From Minisyncoccia bacterium (lineage in GTDB: Bacteria > Patescibacteriota > Minisyncoccia > Phycocordibacterales > Phycocordibacteraceae): DNA of 64,000 nt. Where the stretch lies: assembly GCA_038207395.1 (NCBI GenBank), contig JBBQZW010000003.1, forward strand, positions 18,131 to 82,130, in the 5' to 3' direction. Positions within the stretch are counted from its first letter, which is position 1; each line of letters starts with the position of its first letter. This document shows, one piece after another, positions 47,995-58,379 of this stretch. The translations under genes were made by a program, and so were the position numbers. Under the pieces are notes generated by a model. The model was not told the origin of the DNA. It saw only the letters and a list, made by a program, of their open reading frames with translations, and did no database searches.

Positions 47995-49746
47995 ATGGCT
48001 CTTTTACTCATTTCATTTGCTGCAGGACTTCTTACCGTACTCGCTCCCTGTGTTCTTCCACTCCTTCCGGTAATTATCGGAGAATCAGTAAGTGGGGTTC
48101 CGAGTAAAAAACGAGCACTCGTAACGATAGCTTCGCTTGGTGCGTCACTTTTTGTATTTACCTTTCTCCTTAAAGTTTCAACGGTGCTTATTCATGTGCC
48201 GCTCGAGGCTCTTTCCATCTTTTCAGGAGTATTACTTATCGCATTTGGAGTATTCTCACTCTTTCCACAAATCTGGGAGCATATTGGCTTTCTCAATAAA
48301 ATAAATATCAACTCAAATAAAGTGATGGGGAAGGGTTTTATGAAGCAAACCTTGCTTGGTGATATTGTCGTTGGTGCTGCGCTCGGTCCCGTATTTTCAA
48401 GCTGTAGTCCAACGTACTTCCTTATCCTAGCAACCGTTCTCCCGGTGAGCCTTCTCACCGGCACGGTATACCTTCTCGTATATATTTTTGGGTTATGCCT
48501 CGCACTCTTCGCTATTGCACTGCTTGGACAGCGCTTGGTAGGGAAACTCGATGGTGCTTCAGATTCGCATGGATACTTTAAGCGCGCCCTTGGCGCGCTC
48601 TTCATCATTGTCGGTCTTCTTGTCATTACGGGCTACGACAAAAAAGTTGAAGCGTCTATCCTCGCACACATCGGTATATTTGATGTCACTCGCATTGAGC
48701 AGACACTACTCCAGTCGCAAGGCGGTACCACAAAATCAATTAACGGAACGACAATAAACATGCTTACTCCCGAACAAAAGGCCGCTACGTTCAAACGTGT
48801 TCCTGAACTCGTAACTCCCGATGGCTACCTAAATACTGAAGGAAAACCTATAACTATTGGTGAGTTGAAAGGTAAAAAAGTAGTGCTTGTTGATTTCTGG
48901 ACCTACAGCTGTATTAACTGTCAGCGAACAATTCCATATCTTAATGAGTGGTATGCAAAGTATAAAGATCAGGGTCTTGAAATCATTAGTATTCACACAC
49001 CTGAATTTGCCTTCGAGCATGATCCTAAGAATGTAGCAGATGCACTTGCACGTTTCGGTATCAAATATCCTGTTGCTCTTGATAACGAATATCAAACCTG
49101 GAATGCATTCGGGAATCAGTTCTGGCCGCACGAATACTTGGTTGATATTGATGGATACATAGTCTATGATCACATTGGAGAAGGGAAGTATGATGTCACA
49201 GAAAAAGCCATTCAAGCAGCACTTGCTGAGCGCGCTGAGCGCCTCGGGGAACGTGAGCAGACAATCGCTTCATCAACCGTGAGTATTGCTAATCCGAAAC
49301 TGAATGAAGTAGCAAGTCCCGAAACGTATTTTGGTTCAAGCAGGAATCAGAACATAGGTAACGGAACGCCCGGACAGGAAGGTACCCACACATACACTTT
49401 CCCGATGACCATAAAGCCAAATATGCTGTACTTGAAAGGAGAATGGACTATTGATCCTGAATTTGCGTCTTCAAATACAGTCAGTGCAGGAATAAAATTC
49501 TTATACTCAGCGCATGACGTGTACTTCGTCGCAAGTGCAGCTGCGCCCGTAACGCTTACCGTGCTTCGTGATGGAGTACCAGTGGGCTCATTTGCGGGAG
49601 CTGACGTAAACAAAACAACTTCAACCGTTACCGTTAAAGGCGAACGGTTATATCACCTAGTCCATGATGCATCGGCGAGTGCCCATACCATTGAAATCAA
49701 AGTACAGGGAGCGGGACTAAAAGCATATACTTTTACGTTTGGATAA
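47995..49746 (+). CDS. DsbD/CcdA-like transmembrane thiol-disulfide transporter fused to a thioredoxin-like (redoxin) domain and an extra C-terminal domain
   Basis: APCVLPLLP (CcdA motif). Redoxin WTYSCINCQRTIPYL (CxxC). Confidence 0.7.
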   Translation: MALLLISFAAGLLTVLAPCVLPLLPVIIGESVSGVPSKKRALVTIASLGASLFVFTFLLKVSTVLIHVPLEALSIFSGVLLIAFGVFSLFPQIWEHIGFLNKININSNKVMGKGFMKQTLLGDIVVGAALGPVFSSCSPTYFLILATVLPVSLLTGTVYLLVYIFGLCLALFAIALLGQRLVGKLDGASDSHGYFKRALGALFIIVGLLVITGYDKKVEASILAHIGIFDVTRIEQTLLQSQGGTTKSINGTTINMLTPEQKAATFKRVPELVTPDGYLNTEGKPITIGELKGKKVVLVDFWTYSCINCQRTIPYLNEWYAKYKDQGLEIISIHTPEFAFEHDPKNVADALARFGIKYPVALDNEYQTWNAFGNQFWPHEYLVDIDGYIVYDHIGEGKYDVTEKAIQAALAERAERLGEREQTIASSTVSIANPKLNEVASPETYFGSSRNQNIGNGTPGQEGTHTYTFPMTIKPNMLYLKGEWTIDPEFASSNTVSAGIKFLYSAHDVYFVASAAAPVTLTVLRDGVPVGSFAGADVNKTTSTVTVKGERLYHLVHDASASAHTIEIKVQGAGLKAYTFTFG

Positions 49747-49875
49747 CTCCTTACCGTATATATCTGCACTCCATTTATTTATGAAATGAATACGTAGTGT
49801 AACTTGCGCTTTAACGATTGGCAGTGATATAGTCGTATACCGTCTATTGGGACGGGAGTTCAAAAGGGGGCAACG

Positions 49876-50067
49876 ATGCCGAAACGAAAGTCATTCAAAG
49901 ATACACCCGCCTCATCTCGCAACGGTGAGCAGGGCGCAAGCACTATCGAATATGGCATCATCTTGTTTCTTCTCGTCATCGCAATTGCTGCCACAATTCA
50001 CGGGGTACGTTCTCAGAATTCGAAATTCCACAACGATACGCTGAACTCAATGACTGCAGCGCAATAG
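49876..50067 (+). CDS. Flp/Fap-type pilin-like small protein
   Basis: EQGASTIEYGIILFLLVIAIAATI resembles the Flp pilin processing and hydrophobic core. Confidence 0.45.
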   Translation: MPKRKSFKDTPASSRNGEQGASTIEYGIILFLLVIAIAATIHGVRSQNSKFHNDTLNSMTAAQ

Positions 50068-50139
50068 TGTGGCCTCTAACGACCTCGGATAGATATCAGG
50101 AAGCAGCACTGCTATCTGAATCGTCGAGGTCGTTTTTTA

Positions 50140-50176
50140 TACAAAACAAAAGCCCCGCACTATGTGCGGGGCTTTT
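50140..50176. terminator. bidirectional terminator
   Basis: aaaagccccgcac-tatg-tgcggggcttttgtttt. Confidence 0.6.
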
Positions 50177-50316
50177 GTTTTGTAAGCGCTCAACTAACCC
50201 TTCTTCGCGTACTGCGCCGCTTTGCGTGCCATTTTCACAGCAACACGAGCTTTCGTCTTACGCGTTTTGTTTGGATTATTCTTTGAACTCACACCATGGC
50301 TATTCTTAACCATAGT

Positions 50317-50517
50317 TTAGATACGGCTAACCTTGATGGCGTTTGGTCCTTTTGGACTCTCACCTACTTCGAACTCGACTTTATCTCCTTCACGAAGATC
50401 ATCGAAGGCAACGCCTACGAGCTCGTTAGAGTGGAAGAAAAGATCCTTAGCGGCTCCTTCTACCTTGATAAAGCCAAAGCCCTTGTCGGTTAGGCTCTGA
50501 ATTGTTCCTTGCTGCAT
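50317..50517 (-). CDS. cold-shock protein (CspA family)
   Basis: MQQGTIQSLTDKGFGFIKVEG...DLFFHSNEL; RNP1 motif KGFGFI. Confidence 0.88.
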   Translation of the reverse strand: MQQGTIQSLTDKGFGFIKVEGAAKDLFFHSNELVGVAFDDLREGDKVEFEVGESPKGPNAIKVSRI

Positions 50518-50685
50518 ATACGATGTATGTTTGTGTACTTGATAACTATCAAGTACAGGCTCTAAACTAGCTTTTCAGCTTTTTTAGAACGCTGTGAATT
50601 GATACACCTATTATGCCATACTTAATAAAAAACCGCCATACTTTCGCAGGCGGTAAAAGTTAGTATCCGGATAGGGAAGCGTGAA

Positions 50686-51207
50686 CTAGAAATCATCCAT
50701 GATAAGCATGATTACTGACTCTATACCTAGTTCCTTGCGCAGACGCTCGCGTCCAATCATGACGCGACGTTGAATCGTACCCATAGGAGTGCCGGTATTC
50801 CTAGAAATCTCCTTGCAGGTGAACCCTTCAATGCAAAATTGGTATAGCGCATCGGAAAAAATGTCCGGGAGCTCAGTTAGCGCTTTGACTACCTGCTGAA
50901 CAACTATCACTTGTTCTTGAGAAGCGTGCGTTGACGGAATGCTATCCAGATCTTCGCATTCATTGTTTATATGCATGCGTACGCTTTGCTTTTTACCAAC
51001 CCCAATATAAATATTGCGGAGAATCACCCGCACCCATAGGGGCAGGTTGGTGCCTTCGGTAAAGTTAGCTCGATACCGCACTGCGTTTTCCATGGTTTGT
51101 TGTACAAGATCACAGGAAATATCGACGTTACCTCGAGTAAGTCTGAGTCCATATCGCATAAGCGATGGATACAGACGGATTAGTTCTTGTTCATACGTAT
51201 CCATACG
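50686..51207 (-). CDS. ECF-type RNA polymerase sigma factor
   Basis: Region 2 (LVQQTMENAVRY...LWVRVILRNIYI) and region 4 HTH (CKEISRNTGTPMGTIQRRVMIGRERL). Confidence 0.75.
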   Translation of the reverse strand, partial: RMDTYEQELIRLYPSLMRYGLRLTRGNVDISCDLVQQTMENAVRYRANFTEGTNLPLWVRVILRNIYIGVGKKQSVRMHINNECEDLDSIPSTHASQEQVIVVQQVVKALTELPDIFSDALYQFCIEGFTCKEISRNTGTPMGTIQRRVMIGRERLRKELGIESVIMLIMDDF

Positions 51208-51317
51208 CATTTCCTTTCTAAGTAAACTATACCACAATAAAAGAAATTATACAAATACTCGCACACTGTGCGTTTACTTTCATGGTATCAACAGATTCCG
51301 TACTATACTGTTGCTAT

Positions 51318-51656
51318 ATGATACTCACCCTTCTTCTTGGTTTTTTGCTCGGTGCTGCTGCAATTCTTTTTATTCTTCAGAACACGACCGTGGTAGCACT
51401 TACCTTTCTTAGTTACCAGTTCGAAACGTCTATAGCAGTTCTCGTCATCCTTGCGATACTTGTAGGAATTCTTCTCACCCTTCTTCTGACCCTTCCCGGA
51501 GCCATAGGGAACACCTTCGCAATGCGAAAACTTCGTAAGAATAATGAGACACTTGCCCGTGAAGCAGAAATACATAAGCAGCTAGCTGATGCAGCAAAAG
51601 AACGTCTTATCAATGCACAAACGCCTCGCCCTGACGTAATAGATCTGACTACCTAA
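51318..51656 (+). CDS. LapA-like (DUF1049) small membrane protein
   Basis: Two TM helices followed by a basic coiled-coil tail. Terminator at 51664-51697. Confidence 0.45.
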   Translation: MILTLLLGFLLGAAAILFILQNTTVVALTFLSYQFETSIAVLVILAILVGILLTLLLTLPGAIGNTFAMRKLRKNNETLAREAEIHKQLADAAKERLINAQTPRPDVIDLTT

Positions 51657-51663
51657 AATAAAA

Positions 51664-51697
51664 ACCACGTAGTGGATTGGGGTCCACTACGTGGCAA
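51664..51697. terminator. hairpin ccacgtagtgga-ttgggg-tccactacgtgg
   Basis: Perfect 12-bp stem between convergent genes. Confidence 0.5.
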
Positions 51698-51722
51698 AGG
51701 GATAGAACTTTGTGACATACTA

Positions 51723-51938
51723 CTAATGCCCAACATGCCATTTATGGCAGTAAGGGCACCTATACTCATGAACACCGTTATTCATACGCCGGGCTTCGCG
51801 TGCCGCATTTGACTTGGTCATATGCTTCACTTTACGCCAGCAGGTGCGGTGTCGACGCCAGAAAAAACGATATATAGAACGTACTAAATTCATGTCGTTT
51901 CCTTGTGCTGATAGAACGTATCGTTCGTACCTATGCAA
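51723..51938 (-). CDS. small basic zinc-ribbon protein
   Basis: ...YRCPYCHKWHVGH C-terminus. Function unknown. Confidence 0.35.
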   Translation of the reverse strand: MHRYERYVLSAQGNDMNLVRSIYRFFWRRHRTCWRKVKHMTKSNAAREARRMNNGVHEYRCPYCHKWHVGH

Positions 51939-52009
51939 AATTATAAACTAATGATATGATAAGTCAATACTCTTTCGGCCGTACGGCTGTAGTGTAACCT
52001 ACCTTATCT

Positions 52010-53479
52010 ATGAAAAAAATACTTATTTCTGGTACTTTCGTGGCACTCGGATTTCTACTTACCAGCCCGCTCTCTGCGGCAGCTCAGACACGCGACTACC
52101 AATATTCATATACAAACTCAAATACGGGGACTTGTGTGGTCTTTACTCAGTTTCTTGCCTTTGGTTCCCGAGATACTTTTAGTAGCGGGGAAGTCACCTC
52201 GCTTCAACAGTTCTTGAATCGTACCAACTACCTTAAGGGTATTACTGGCTACTACGATCAAGGTACCGTGGGCGCCGTAACAAACTACCAGCGTGAACGC
52301 GGTATTACCCCCACAGGAACTCTGGGGCCCGTAACTCGTTCAAGTATTACTCAGGAGACTTGTAATGGTGCGTATTCCGGAACGAACCCTACCACCTACG
52401 GGAACCCTACTTTTGGAAATAACTCGGGAAATTCTCGAGCCTATATCTCCTCACTTTCAAACACGTCAGGGACTCCTGGTTCAGCTATAACGATATACGG
52501 AAACGACCTCTCAAACGGGAATCCAACACTGTACTTCGATGGTTCGACAATACCTTTGTCCTATTCATCAAATAACGGAGTTACCTTTACCGTTCCCTAT
52601 CTTTCCTCAGGAACGTATCAGCTCTACCTGCGCACCTCAAATGGTTCAAGCAACTCAGTAAGCTTCACCATACTAAGACAATCATCAGATAGTTCTAATT
52701 GTTACTATTCCAGCAACAATCAGTGTGGCTGTAACAGCACGAATTACTCCAGTGGTACCAACAATACGTACTACTACAATTATTCCAATTCGAATTCTAA
52801 TTCATATTCAAACTGCACCACCAGCTACAACAACACAAATAGTTACCCCTATTACAACAACTCAGGCACGATATACGGCACCAATGACCAGCCACGCATC
52901 TCAAGCATATCTGGCGGTACCTCAGCTTCAACAGGCTCGCTTAGTTCGTGGTCTGTTACTGCATACAGTCAAACTAATCAGTCAGTGATTGTGAGTGTTG
53001 ATTGGGGCGATGGTAGTTCGCAAGACAACAACAATCAATACAATGGGACGTACTCAAATACTGGCCAGCAGACATACTCATTCTCACATCGTTACCTAAA
53101 TCCGGGAACATACACTATGCGATTCACCGCCACGGACAACCAAGGAAGATATGCATATTCAACGCAGCAAGTGTCCGTCTATGGTAACTACAGTACTAAT
53201 TACAACTACACTACCTATTACGGTTCAAATGGTACACCGAACATCTCATACGTCTCACCATCAACTGCTACGCGTGGTTCAACTATTGTAATTTACGGAT
53301 CAAACTTTAGTTCGAATAATACCGTACAGTTTGGAAATTCCACCTACAACGTAGGCTCATTTAATAACGGAACAGCAATCAGTTTCGTTCTTCCATATAT
53401 TGGAACAGGTACCTATGACATCTCTGTACGAAATGGAAATGGTCAGATAAGTAATTCGTTTACGGTCTACGTGCAGTAA
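52010..53479 (+). CDS. secreted protein with PG-binding-like domain, N/S/Y-rich low-complexity region and PKD domain
   Basis: Signal peptide. LQQFLNRTNYLKGITGYYDQGTVGAVTNYQRERGITPTGTLGP is PG_binding_1-like. VSVDWGDGSS...YTMRFTATDNQG is a PKD domain. Confidence 0.65.
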   Translation: MKKILISGTFVALGFLLTSPLSAAAQTRDYQYSYTNSNTGTCVVFTQFLAFGSRDTFSSGEVTSLQQFLNRTNYLKGITGYYDQGTVGAVTNYQRERGITPTGTLGPVTRSSITQETCNGAYSGTNPTTYGNPTFGNNSGNSRAYISSLSNTSGTPGSAITIYGNDLSNGNPTLYFDGSTIPLSYSSNNGVTFTVPYLSSGTYQLYLRTSNGSSNSVSFTILRQSSDSSNCYYSSNNQCGCNSTNYSSGTNNTYYYNYSNSNSNSYSNCTTSYNNTNSYPYYNNSGTIYGTNDQPRISSISGGTSASTGSLSSWSVTAYSQTNQSVIVSVDWGDGSSQDNNNQYNGTYSNTGQQTYSFSHRYLNPGTYTMRFTATDNQGRYAYSTQQVSVYGNYSTNYNYTTYYGSNGTPNISYVSPSTATRGSTIVIYGSNFSSNNTVQFGNSTYNVGSFNNGTAISFVLPYIGTGTYDISVRNGNGQISNSFTVYVQ

Positions 53480-54022
53480 TCAGGCTACAGAAAGAGTAGG
53501 GGAGTAGTACCTCCCTGACTAACGTGTGAAAACAAATAGATGCGCAGGGAAGTAGAACTTCCATAAAATTAGTGTCCTCAGGAAAGAGGTATATTCGGAC
53601 AAAACTTACTACGTCCGACTCTACGACCACATAGTAGAGCTTAGCTAGAGGTACTAAAAGGAAATAATGCGAAGTAAGTACCGAGATGAAAAACAGCCCA
53701 CTCTTTGGCTTTTACGTAGACTATATTCGTAAAAGATACATTGTGCGAAGTATAACTCGTCTCACCCAGAGGCCTAAATTCACTAAAATTAGTCGTTTTA
53801 TGTAGGGCTATGTGTACTCCTCTTCCCTGTCTGTAGACGTGCAAATACATATCGCTGACCTGGGTGTGGTTCGACGTAATTGATGCCAAAATTATTTATA
53901 CGAAAAAATGAGAAAGCCAAGCCCTTCCCCGATATGCAAAAAAGCACCCGGGGGAGTGCTTTTTTGCATACTCGAGAAGGGCTCACTTCCCTGTCCTGAA
54001 CACTACACACCCTCCAGTATTC

Positions 54023-54859
54023 TTATGTATTTGTGGCTTTCATAATGTATTCGTACGCCTCATCCACTGAATCAACGACACGGTATAGGTCAAGATCAGC
54101 TTTTTGAATGGCACCATACTCATTCAATAGTTTGTTTTCAAAGATAGCAGTATAGGGCTCCCAGTACTCGCGACCATACAGTACGATCGGAATGCGACGA
54201 ATCTTTTTTGTCTGTACGAGCGTAAGAATTTCAGAAAACTCGTCGAGTGTACCGAATCCTCCAGGAAAATAAATATAAACTTCAGATGCAAACGTAAGCA
54301 TTACTTTACGTACGAAGAAATGCTCGAAGGTCATTGAGTCAGTAAGATATTTATTTAGTCCCTGCGAATCGTCCAGACGGATATTGAGGCCTATAGATGC
54401 ACCTCCCGCTTCAAAGGCTCCTTTATTAGCAGCTTCCATAATGCCGGCAGATCCGCCCGTAATGACTGCAAAGCCAGCCTTTGCAAGTTTCCCCGCTAAT
54501 GCCGTTGCATCTTCGTAATAATGAGTCGCGAATGACTGGCGGGCAGAACCAAAGAAACTTGCGGCAAGTCCGTACTTCCGCAGAATCTCAAACCCTTCAA
54601 CAAACTCAGACATGATCTTGAATACGCGCCAACTCTCAAGCTCGCTTGGCTTACGTACCATGGCGTCAGGTGCGTGCGGTACTTCCTGCTTTCCTTTCTG
54701 AATAGCCTGCGTAAGAACCTGCCCCATTGCTTCATGATGTTCAGGCGCTGCAGAGTTAGCTGAAGCTGGTGTAGCAGAGGGTGCTGTCACTTCTATGCCG
54801 CACATCCCTTCCCCGTTCGTTGATCCTCCTAATTCATCTGCTACATTTCGCTCGTCCAT
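54023..54859 (-). CDS. LOG-family protein (TIGR00730 Rossmann-fold nucleotide-binding / cytokinin riboside 5'-monophosphate phosphoribohydrolase-like)
   Basis: AVITGGSAGIMEAANKGA and YFPGGFGTLDEFSEILTLVQTKK (PGGxGTxxE motif). Confidence 0.75.
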   Translation of the reverse strand: MDERNVADELGGSTNGEGMCGIEVTAPSATPASANSAAPEHHEAMGQVLTQAIQKGKQEVPHAPDAMVRKPSELESWRVFKIMSEFVEGFEILRKYGLAASFFGSARQSFATHYYEDATALAGKLAKAGFAVITGGSAGIMEAANKGAFEAGGASIGLNIRLDDSQGLNKYLTDSMTFEHFFVRKVMLTFASEVYIYFPGGFGTLDEFSEILTLVQTKKIRRIPIVLYGREYWEPYTAIFENKLLNEYGAIQKADLDLYRVVDSVDEAYEYIMKATNT

Positions 54860-55443
54860 GGAATTTCAAAAGTACTAAAGTCCGGTAATAATTTCTTAGT
54901 ATACGCTATGCGCGAGAAGCATTCGGCGTGGCAGAGTGCTCCCGTGAGCGCATTATGTGGTTTTGGCTCTCCGGGAAGCCCACAGTACTCCAGAATGAAG
55001 TCTAAGTTTATGGCAGTGCGGTGATTTGCTACCGGAGGCGTGAGACCACGTTTCATCATATGAAGCCAGCACAAAGGATGGGTATCAATAGTTCGGTGAG
55101 CGAATGGAGATTCTATCCCCGCTCTCATGCACGCGGCTTGAACAAATCCTAAATCAAAGGCTACATTTTGCGCCACCAAGGTTCGATTCTCTGGGCGGTC
55201 AGTGGCCCACGCAACAAAGTCACGAATGAGTTCAGCTTCGCTTTTCTTGCCGCCTGCGGCGGCAGTCTCTTCCCTACTGAACCCATTTATGGCAAGCGCA
55301 GCATCATTTATTTCAGCACCCTCCCACACACGACACTCATCATAAAACTGATTTCCAATGTCATCGGTATCCACGGCCCCAATAGAAAGAATTGAGCATC
55401 TGTTAGCATCAAGACCGCTTGTTTCAACATCGAGAGAAATCAT
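54841..55443 (-). CDS. DEDD-family 3'-5' exonuclease (DnaQ / RNase T-like)
   Basis: ISLDVETSGLD (Exo I), a H-x4-D C-terminal motif (HNALTGALCHAE). Overlaps the LOG gene by 19 nt. Confidence 0.7.
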   Translation of the reverse strand: MISLDVETSGLDANRCSILSIGAVDTDDIGNQFYDECRVWEGAEINDAALAINGFSREETAAAGGKKSEAELIRDFVAWATDRPENRTLVAQNVAFDLGFVQAACMRAGIESPFAHRTIDTHPLCWLHMMKRGLTPPVANHRTAINLDFILEYCGLPGEPKPHNALTGALCHAECFSRIAYTKKLLPDFSTFEIPWTSEM

Positions 55444-55516
55444 ACCTTCAGTATACCAGCCATCATATATATGATAGGTTTTGTTTAGTTTAAATTGATC
55501 TTATAGGGGATATGGC

Positions 55517-56074
55517 ATGGAATCCATTAAGCGATTCGCAAATGTTTTGAGCGGCATTATAGGACTCGTCGCACCATCACTTTTCGCGGTCATGGTATAC
55601 CTCGACCGCATTCCGCAAAACATCGCCACTTGGGGAATGATCTGCATCAATAACGTGATCGGTATCTATTTGGTTACCAAAGAAGGTAACGCCACACCGT
55701 ACATGCAGTGGGGTTGGCTTATTTCTTCAACCGGTGTATTTGTGGCCATCGTATGTGGTGCTAACCCGGTTCATTGGGGAGCAATAGAAACGTATTCACT
55801 GGCTGCCTGTGTACTTGCTATAGGCTTTCGCGTAGCACTTGGTGCTACAGCAGCACTTCTAGCGTACGTTTCGGCAGTGCTGATCTCGAGTCTTCCCCTC
55901 ATCATCGACTATTGGTATTTGCCGCAAGTGAATACCTGGTGGTTATGGGCAAGCACCGTTGTTTCATGCTCGCTCGCCATATTCGGTGCCAAAGAGCGTA
56001 CGGTTTCGTATGTACTCGTTCCAGGATTCATAGGAGTACTGAATGCGTTCATACTCTATTTGACCATTCGCTGA
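55517..56074 (+). CDS. hypothetical polytopic membrane protein
   Basis: Five to six predicted TM helices. Confidence 0.45.
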   Translation: MESIKRFANVLSGIIGLVAPSLFAVMVYLDRIPQNIATWGMICINNVIGIYLVTKEGNATPYMQWGWLISSTGVFVAIVCGANPVHWGAIETYSLAACVLAIGFRVALGATAALLAYVSAVLISSLPLIIDYWYLPQVNTWWLWASTVVSCSLAIFGAKERTVSYVLVPGFIGVLNAFILYLTIR

Positions 56075-56113
56075 CTCGCCTACGGAAAACTTTCCGCACG
56101 GTGAGTTTTCTGT

Positions 56114-56653
56114 TTACAATCCTTTGCAGTTTGCTGCAGGCTGATATCCCGCTGCTTCTGCTTCGGTTTTCGTCATGAACCAAACCTTGTTTGAATCTTT
56201 AATACGCTTAGCAGTGCCGCAGCTCGGAAGATAATATTTAGTTCCTGTCTTTGAGGCCACATACGTGCCATTCGGACTCAGCGCGGCCGCAGCGGCCGCG
56301 CTCTGGCTTGAGTGTATGGACGAAGGTTTTGCTGCTACTGTTTCAGGATCATCTTCCTGAGGCTTTGAGGGCAAAGACGCATCAGTTGACTGACTTCCCC
56401 ACGTACTCGTTCCCGCGCTCCCTGAAAGGACTGACGCTGGTAGTTGTTCAATCCAAAGACCGTCTTTTGGCGCGGTGTTCTGTTTTTGGACGAGAAGCCC
56501 CAGCCCCAGGCACAAAGTACCCGTAAGGAGAATAATGGCTAAAAATACGGGGGTTTGTGAGATGTCGAAAATAGGCCGTCGGGAGGTCCTGTCACTCTTC
56601 CCTGCCCCCGGATCTGCTCCCTTGTCCCACTCACGGCTCTCTGGTATAGTCAT
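56114..56653 (-). CDS. membrane-anchored protein with C-terminal Ada-type Zn-binding domain
   Basis: KYYLPSCGTAKRIKDSNKVWFMTKTEAEAAGYQPAANC matches the Ada metal-binding motif pattern. Start at internal Met (MTIPES). Confidence 0.45.
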   Translation of the reverse strand: MTIPESREWDKGADPGAGKSDRTSRRPIFDISQTPVFLAIILLTGTLCLGLGLLVQKQNTAPKDGLWIEQLPASVLSGSAGTSTWGSQSTDASLPSKPQEDDPETVAAKPSSIHSSQSAAAAAALSPNGTYVASKTGTKYYLPSCGTAKRIKDSNKVWFMTKTEAEAAGYQPAANCKGL

Positions 56654-56674
56654 GGTACGTAAAGAATAACAGAT

Positions 56675-56956
56675 ATGGCACATACAAAAGCCGGTGGCTC
56701 GACACGAAATGGACGCGACTCTAACCCGAAGTACCTCGGAGTTAAGCTTTCTGACGGCTCAGCAGCACGTCCAGGAATGGTTATCGTCCGTCAGCGTGGT
56801 ACGAAGATCATGGCAGGAAAAAACGTAAAAGTTGGCAAGGATCATACGCTTTATGCGATGGTTACCGGCCTGGTTAGCTTCCGCGACAAGCGTAAGACTA
56901 ACTTCGATGGACGAGTTGTCCGCCGTAAGATGGTAGACGTAACTGCAGCAGCATAA
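56675..56956 (+). CDS. rpmA: 50S ribosomal protein L27
   Basis: [24 protein letters not shown]... Confidence 0.92.
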   Translation: MAHTKAGGSTRNGRDSNPKYLGVKLSDGSAARPGMVIVRQRGTKIMAGKNVKVGKDHTLYAMVTGLVSFRDKRKTNFDGRVVRRKMVDVTAAA

Positions 56957-56981
56957 CTTCTTTCTAAGATTTTACTGAAGA

Positions 56982-57018
56982 AAAACCCGAGGTCATATGA
57001 CCTCGGGTTTTTCTTTTG
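56982..57018 (+). terminator. rho-independent terminator
   Basis: aaaaacccgaggtcatatgacctcgggtttttctttt. Confidence 0.7.
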
Positions 57019-57042
57019 CACATACCGTAAGTATCCAGTACT

Positions 57043-57303
57043 ATGCCAAAAGAAAGTATCTGGAGAAATGCAATGTTTGCAGCAAAGATGTCCTGTTCAT
57101 TTTGCAACAAGGACAGGAGTCAAGTGCGCAGTATTATCCAAGGAGGAGTGAACGGTAATAAGGTGTTCATTTGCGATAAATGTGTGTTTGTATGCACAAC
57201 GCAAATTGCAGACGAAGCCCAGGTGCTGAATATGACACCTGCAGAAAGAATAAGGTGGGAAGAACGTGTGGAGGCTTTGCAAGAACTTTATGCAAGATCC
57301 TAA
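57043..57303 (+). CDS. ClpX-type C4 zinc-finger small protein
   Basis: CSFCNK...(18)...CDKCV spacing resembles the ClpX N-terminal zinc-binding domain. Confidence 0.4.
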   Translation: MPKESIWRNAMFAAKMSCSFCNKDRSQVRSIIQGGVNGNKVFICDKCVFVCTTQIADEAQVLNMTPAERIRWEERVEALQELYARS

Positions 57304-57311
57304 TAAATAAA

Positions 57312-57342
57312 AAGGGTCGTCACGAAGACGACCCTTTTACCT
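57312..57342. terminator. bidirectional terminator
   Basis: aaaagggtcgtc-acgaa-gacgacccttttacc. Confidence 0.65.
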
Positions 57343-57360
57343 ACCCAGACAGAAAAATAA

Positions 57361-57786
57361 TTACTCTGCTACGATAGAAATCTTTACTGAACCAAAATCA
57401 GCACCGTATGCTACCGGCACGTCAAACGTTCCAATCTCTTTGATTGGCTTCTCGAGGTGAATTGCATTTACCGGAAGCTCTGTAGCAGCTGCAATATCTT
57501 TTGCGTCTACGGCGTCATACAAATGACCCTGCTCGTTTGCTTTCTTGGTGATAGTTACTATTCCCTCAGAAAGGGCGGTAAGACGCTCGGAGATAAGTTT
57601 TGCGTGAATCTCACGCTCTACCTGTTCCTGATTGCTCATACCTTCTGCACGCTTCATTGCTGAAGGAGTGGCAAGCACGGCGAGTTTACGAGGAATAAGC
57701 AGGTTAACGGCGTGCCCGTCTGACACGTCAATAACGCTTCCTGCACGGCCCATATTTTTCACATCTTTAAGTAGTACAACTTTCAT
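57361..57786 (-). CDS. rplI: 50S ribosomal protein L9
   Basis: MKVVLLKDVKNMGRAGSVIDVSDGHAVNLLIPRKLAVLAT. ATG at 57786. Confidence 0.88.
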   Translation of the reverse strand: MKVVLLKDVKNMGRAGSVIDVSDGHAVNLLIPRKLAVLATPSAMKRAEGMSNQEQVEREIHAKLISERLTALSEGIVTITKKANEQGHLYDAVDAKDIAAATELPVNAIHLEKPIKEIGTFDVPVAYGADFGSVKISIVAE

Positions 57787-57842
57787 ATAGCTACATCCTA
57801 CCTTTTTGGAGCATGGTGCGCAAATTACGCTATACTCCACGT

Positions 57843-58379
57843 ATGAAAGCGCGTTCTTCCCCTAGAGATTTAGACGAACTTATCTTCCAAGCAGCTATGT
57901 ATTGGCGTATCGCCTATGGAACCGTTCGGGTATACATTGGTTACAAATTTCTCTCCCTAATAGGAGTACCAGCCATAGACGTATACCGTCGGGTGTTCCG
58001 GAATGAACTTACTGACGATCCACAAGACCATATTTTTAGTTTCCTAGCACACTCACTTACACAGCAGGGATTCTCTATAACGTATTTCTTAGCTGCTCAC
58101 TTTCTATTCTGGGGTGTGATCGATATCGTTCTTTCCTACACCATGATTCGTCATCATCTTTGGGCTTTTACGACGAGCATCGCACTTATTATTCTCTTTA
58201 TGTTCTATGAGATATATCGGTTCACTCACACTCACTCACTCATACTTCTTGCCTTTATCGTTACAGACGTATTTTTCGTATATCTCATCAGACACGAATA
58301 CGAGAAACTTAAAGTGAGAAAAGCACGCGCTCTAGCCAAGAAGGGAGAGAATGACGGCAATGCCAGCGACCGTCATTAG
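57843..58379 (+). CDS. DUF2127-like membrane protein
   Basis: Four TM helices. YWRIAYGTVRVYIGYKF. Confidence 0.45.
   Translation: MKARSSPRDLDELIFQAAMYWRIAYGTVRVYIGYKFLSLIGVPAIDVYRRVFRNELTDDPQDHIFSFLAHSLTQQGFSITYFLAAHFLFWGVIDIVLSYTMIRHHLWAFTTSIALIILFMFYEIYRFTHTHSLILLAFIVTDVFFVYLIRHEYEKLKVRKARALAKKGENDGNASDRH

Noticed and set aside
50195-50293. 32-aa minus-strand basic peptide (GTG start; ...KTRKTKARVAVKMARKAAQYAKKG) between csp and the bidirectional terminator
   Set aside because: It could be a small ribosomal-like protein, but it has a non-ATG start and could not be matched confidently to L34/L35/S21/Thx families. Too uncertain to call.
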